33,143 bases of DNA, taken from the UHGV virus genome UHGV-0358485; one strand, 5' to 3'. The number at the start of each line of letters is the position of its first letter. Position 1 is the first letter of the stretch. This document shows positions 32,484 through 33,143 of the stretch, piece after piece. The stretch comes from a virus. Position numbers and translations under genes: made by a program. The notes below the pieces were generated by a model. It worked only from the letters and a program-made list of their open reading frames with translations. It did not search any database and was not told the origin of the DNA.

Positions 32484-32794
32484 TGAACGAACTAATCACA
32501 AAAGTAGAGAAGTGGGCAAAAGATAAGGGATTGGATCAAGCTGATTCCAGCAAGCAAATGTTAAAAACGATCGAAGAGATTGGGGAAGTTGCCGCTTCTC
32601 TAGCTAGAAAAGATGAACATGGTTTAAGAGACGGAATTGGAGACGTAGTAGTAACCTTGATTATTTTAGCTATGCAAAATGATATGGATTTGTACGAGTG
32701 TCTGAACCAAGCATACAACGAAATCAAAGGACGCACAGGGAAAATGGTAGATGGTGTATTCGTGAAGTCGAGTGATTTGGAGGAAGCGGAATGA
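32483..32794 (+). CDS. MazG-like nucleoside triphosphate pyrophosphohydrolase
   Basis: EEIGEVAASL ... GDVVVTLIILA carry the E-x-x-E and E/D metal-binding helices of the MazG/NTP-PPase fold. ATGA overlap with the upstream gene. Confidence 0.7.
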   Translation: MNELITKVEKWAKDKGLDQADSSKQMLKTIEEIGEVAASLARKDEHGLRDGIGDVVVTLIILAMQNDMDLYECLNQAYNEIKGRTGKMVDGVFVKSSDLEEAE

Positions 32795-32988
32795 ACAACA
32801 GACACCGCAGAGTAACAAAACTAAGAGAACAAGAACTGAATGTACTGAAGGCGAAGTTTGAAAAAGAATACGGAGTTTCAGCAGAAGAAGTATATAAAGT
32901 TTTAAGTCAGTGTGTTGCTGATGCGAGTGACGCTATTCGAAAGTTTGGAATTTCGATACTAGATATTAAATGGGAGGAAATGAGATGA
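32791..32988 (+). CDS. Hypothetical protein (65 aa)
   Basis: Overlapping-start coupling. No motif. Confidence 0.45.
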   Translation: MNNRHRRVTKLREQELNVLKAKFEKEYGVSAEEVYKVLSQCVADASDAIRKFGISILDIKWEEMR

Positions 32989-33143
32989 AACTAAAAGACG
33001 GATTTTACGCTAGTAGTCATGGTATCGGCGGTTTAATGCTAGATATGCCGACAAAGAATCCTAAAACACGTAAGAAATCAAAATTCAAAGTCGGTGACAT
33101 GGTCCGATGTGAAGCAGAGGAGTTCATCTATCCATTTCGTGGA
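32985..33143 (+). CDS. Hypothetical protein, 5' part only (truncated by the window end)
   Basis: RBS GGAGGA and ATG at 32985. Open to the end of the window. Confidence 0.45.
   Translation, partial: MKLKDGFYASSHGIGGLMLDMPTKNPKTRKKSKFKVGDMVRCEAEEFIYPFRG

Larger units (their letters stand above)
1..33143. mobile_element. Temperate siphovirus-like phage/prophage genome. Packaging, head, tail, lysis, tRNA, int, lysogeny and early-replication modules are all present.
   Basis: Contiguous co-oriented late operon 1057-20846 with canonical order TerS-TerL-portal-protease-MCP-connectors-MTP-chaperone(PRF)-TMP-Dit-Tal-RBP-holin-lysin. This is followed by int, ImmA/cI, cro and replication genes. Composition is uniformly AT-rich. 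Confidence 0.85.

Noticed and set aside
31304-32805. Minus ORFs 31304-31492, 32093-32410 and 32536-32805
   Set aside because: Antisense to the DnaC-like gene, the small genes and the MazG-like gene, all of which have RBSs and translational coupling on the plus strand.

Overview
The window is almost entirely one low-GC (about 35% GC) temperate siphovirus-like phage or prophage of a Firmicute host. Codon usage and gene content resemble Enterococcus and Listeria phages.

Gene order, left to right:
- ArpU-like late regulator, then a 420-bp structured non-coding region with 11-bp tandem repeats and a degenerate tRNA-like element.
- HNH endonuclease, a GC-rich cos-like hairpin, TerS and TerL.
- Portal, ClpP-like prohead protease and major capsid protein (MCP).
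- A GT8-like glycosyltransferase candidate sitting immediately after the MCP.
- Four head-tail joining proteins and the major tail protein (MTP).
- Tail chaperone with a classic A_AAA_AAG -1 frameshift, then a 1139-aa tape measure protein.
- Dit, Tal and a receptor-binding protein.
- XhlA-like protein plus holin, and a signal-peptide amidase endolysin.
- A promoter-driven tRNA(CAT) with its terminator, and a very AT-rich moron on the minus strand.
- An attP-like region with paired TGTGCCAA repeats, then a tyrosine integrase.
- Two accessory minus-strand genes between int and the repressor: a membrane-anchored protein and a bPH+SHOCT protein.
- ImmA and a cI-like repressor, an operator/promoter switch, and Cro.
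- Early genes: Rha, a Sak/RAD52-like protein, an HNH-Zn-finger protein, replisome organizer, DnaC-like loader, DUF1064-like protein and MazG-like protein.

The most notable signal is that MCP and MTP both end in an identical ...TTTTTTTQA tail. Together with the structural-module glycosyltransferase this suggests a virion O-glycosylation system.

The order lysis, tRNA, attP/int, lysogeny, replication means the window is either a circularly permuted phage genome or tandem prophages.

All functional calls come from motif and position reading only. No database searches were run.
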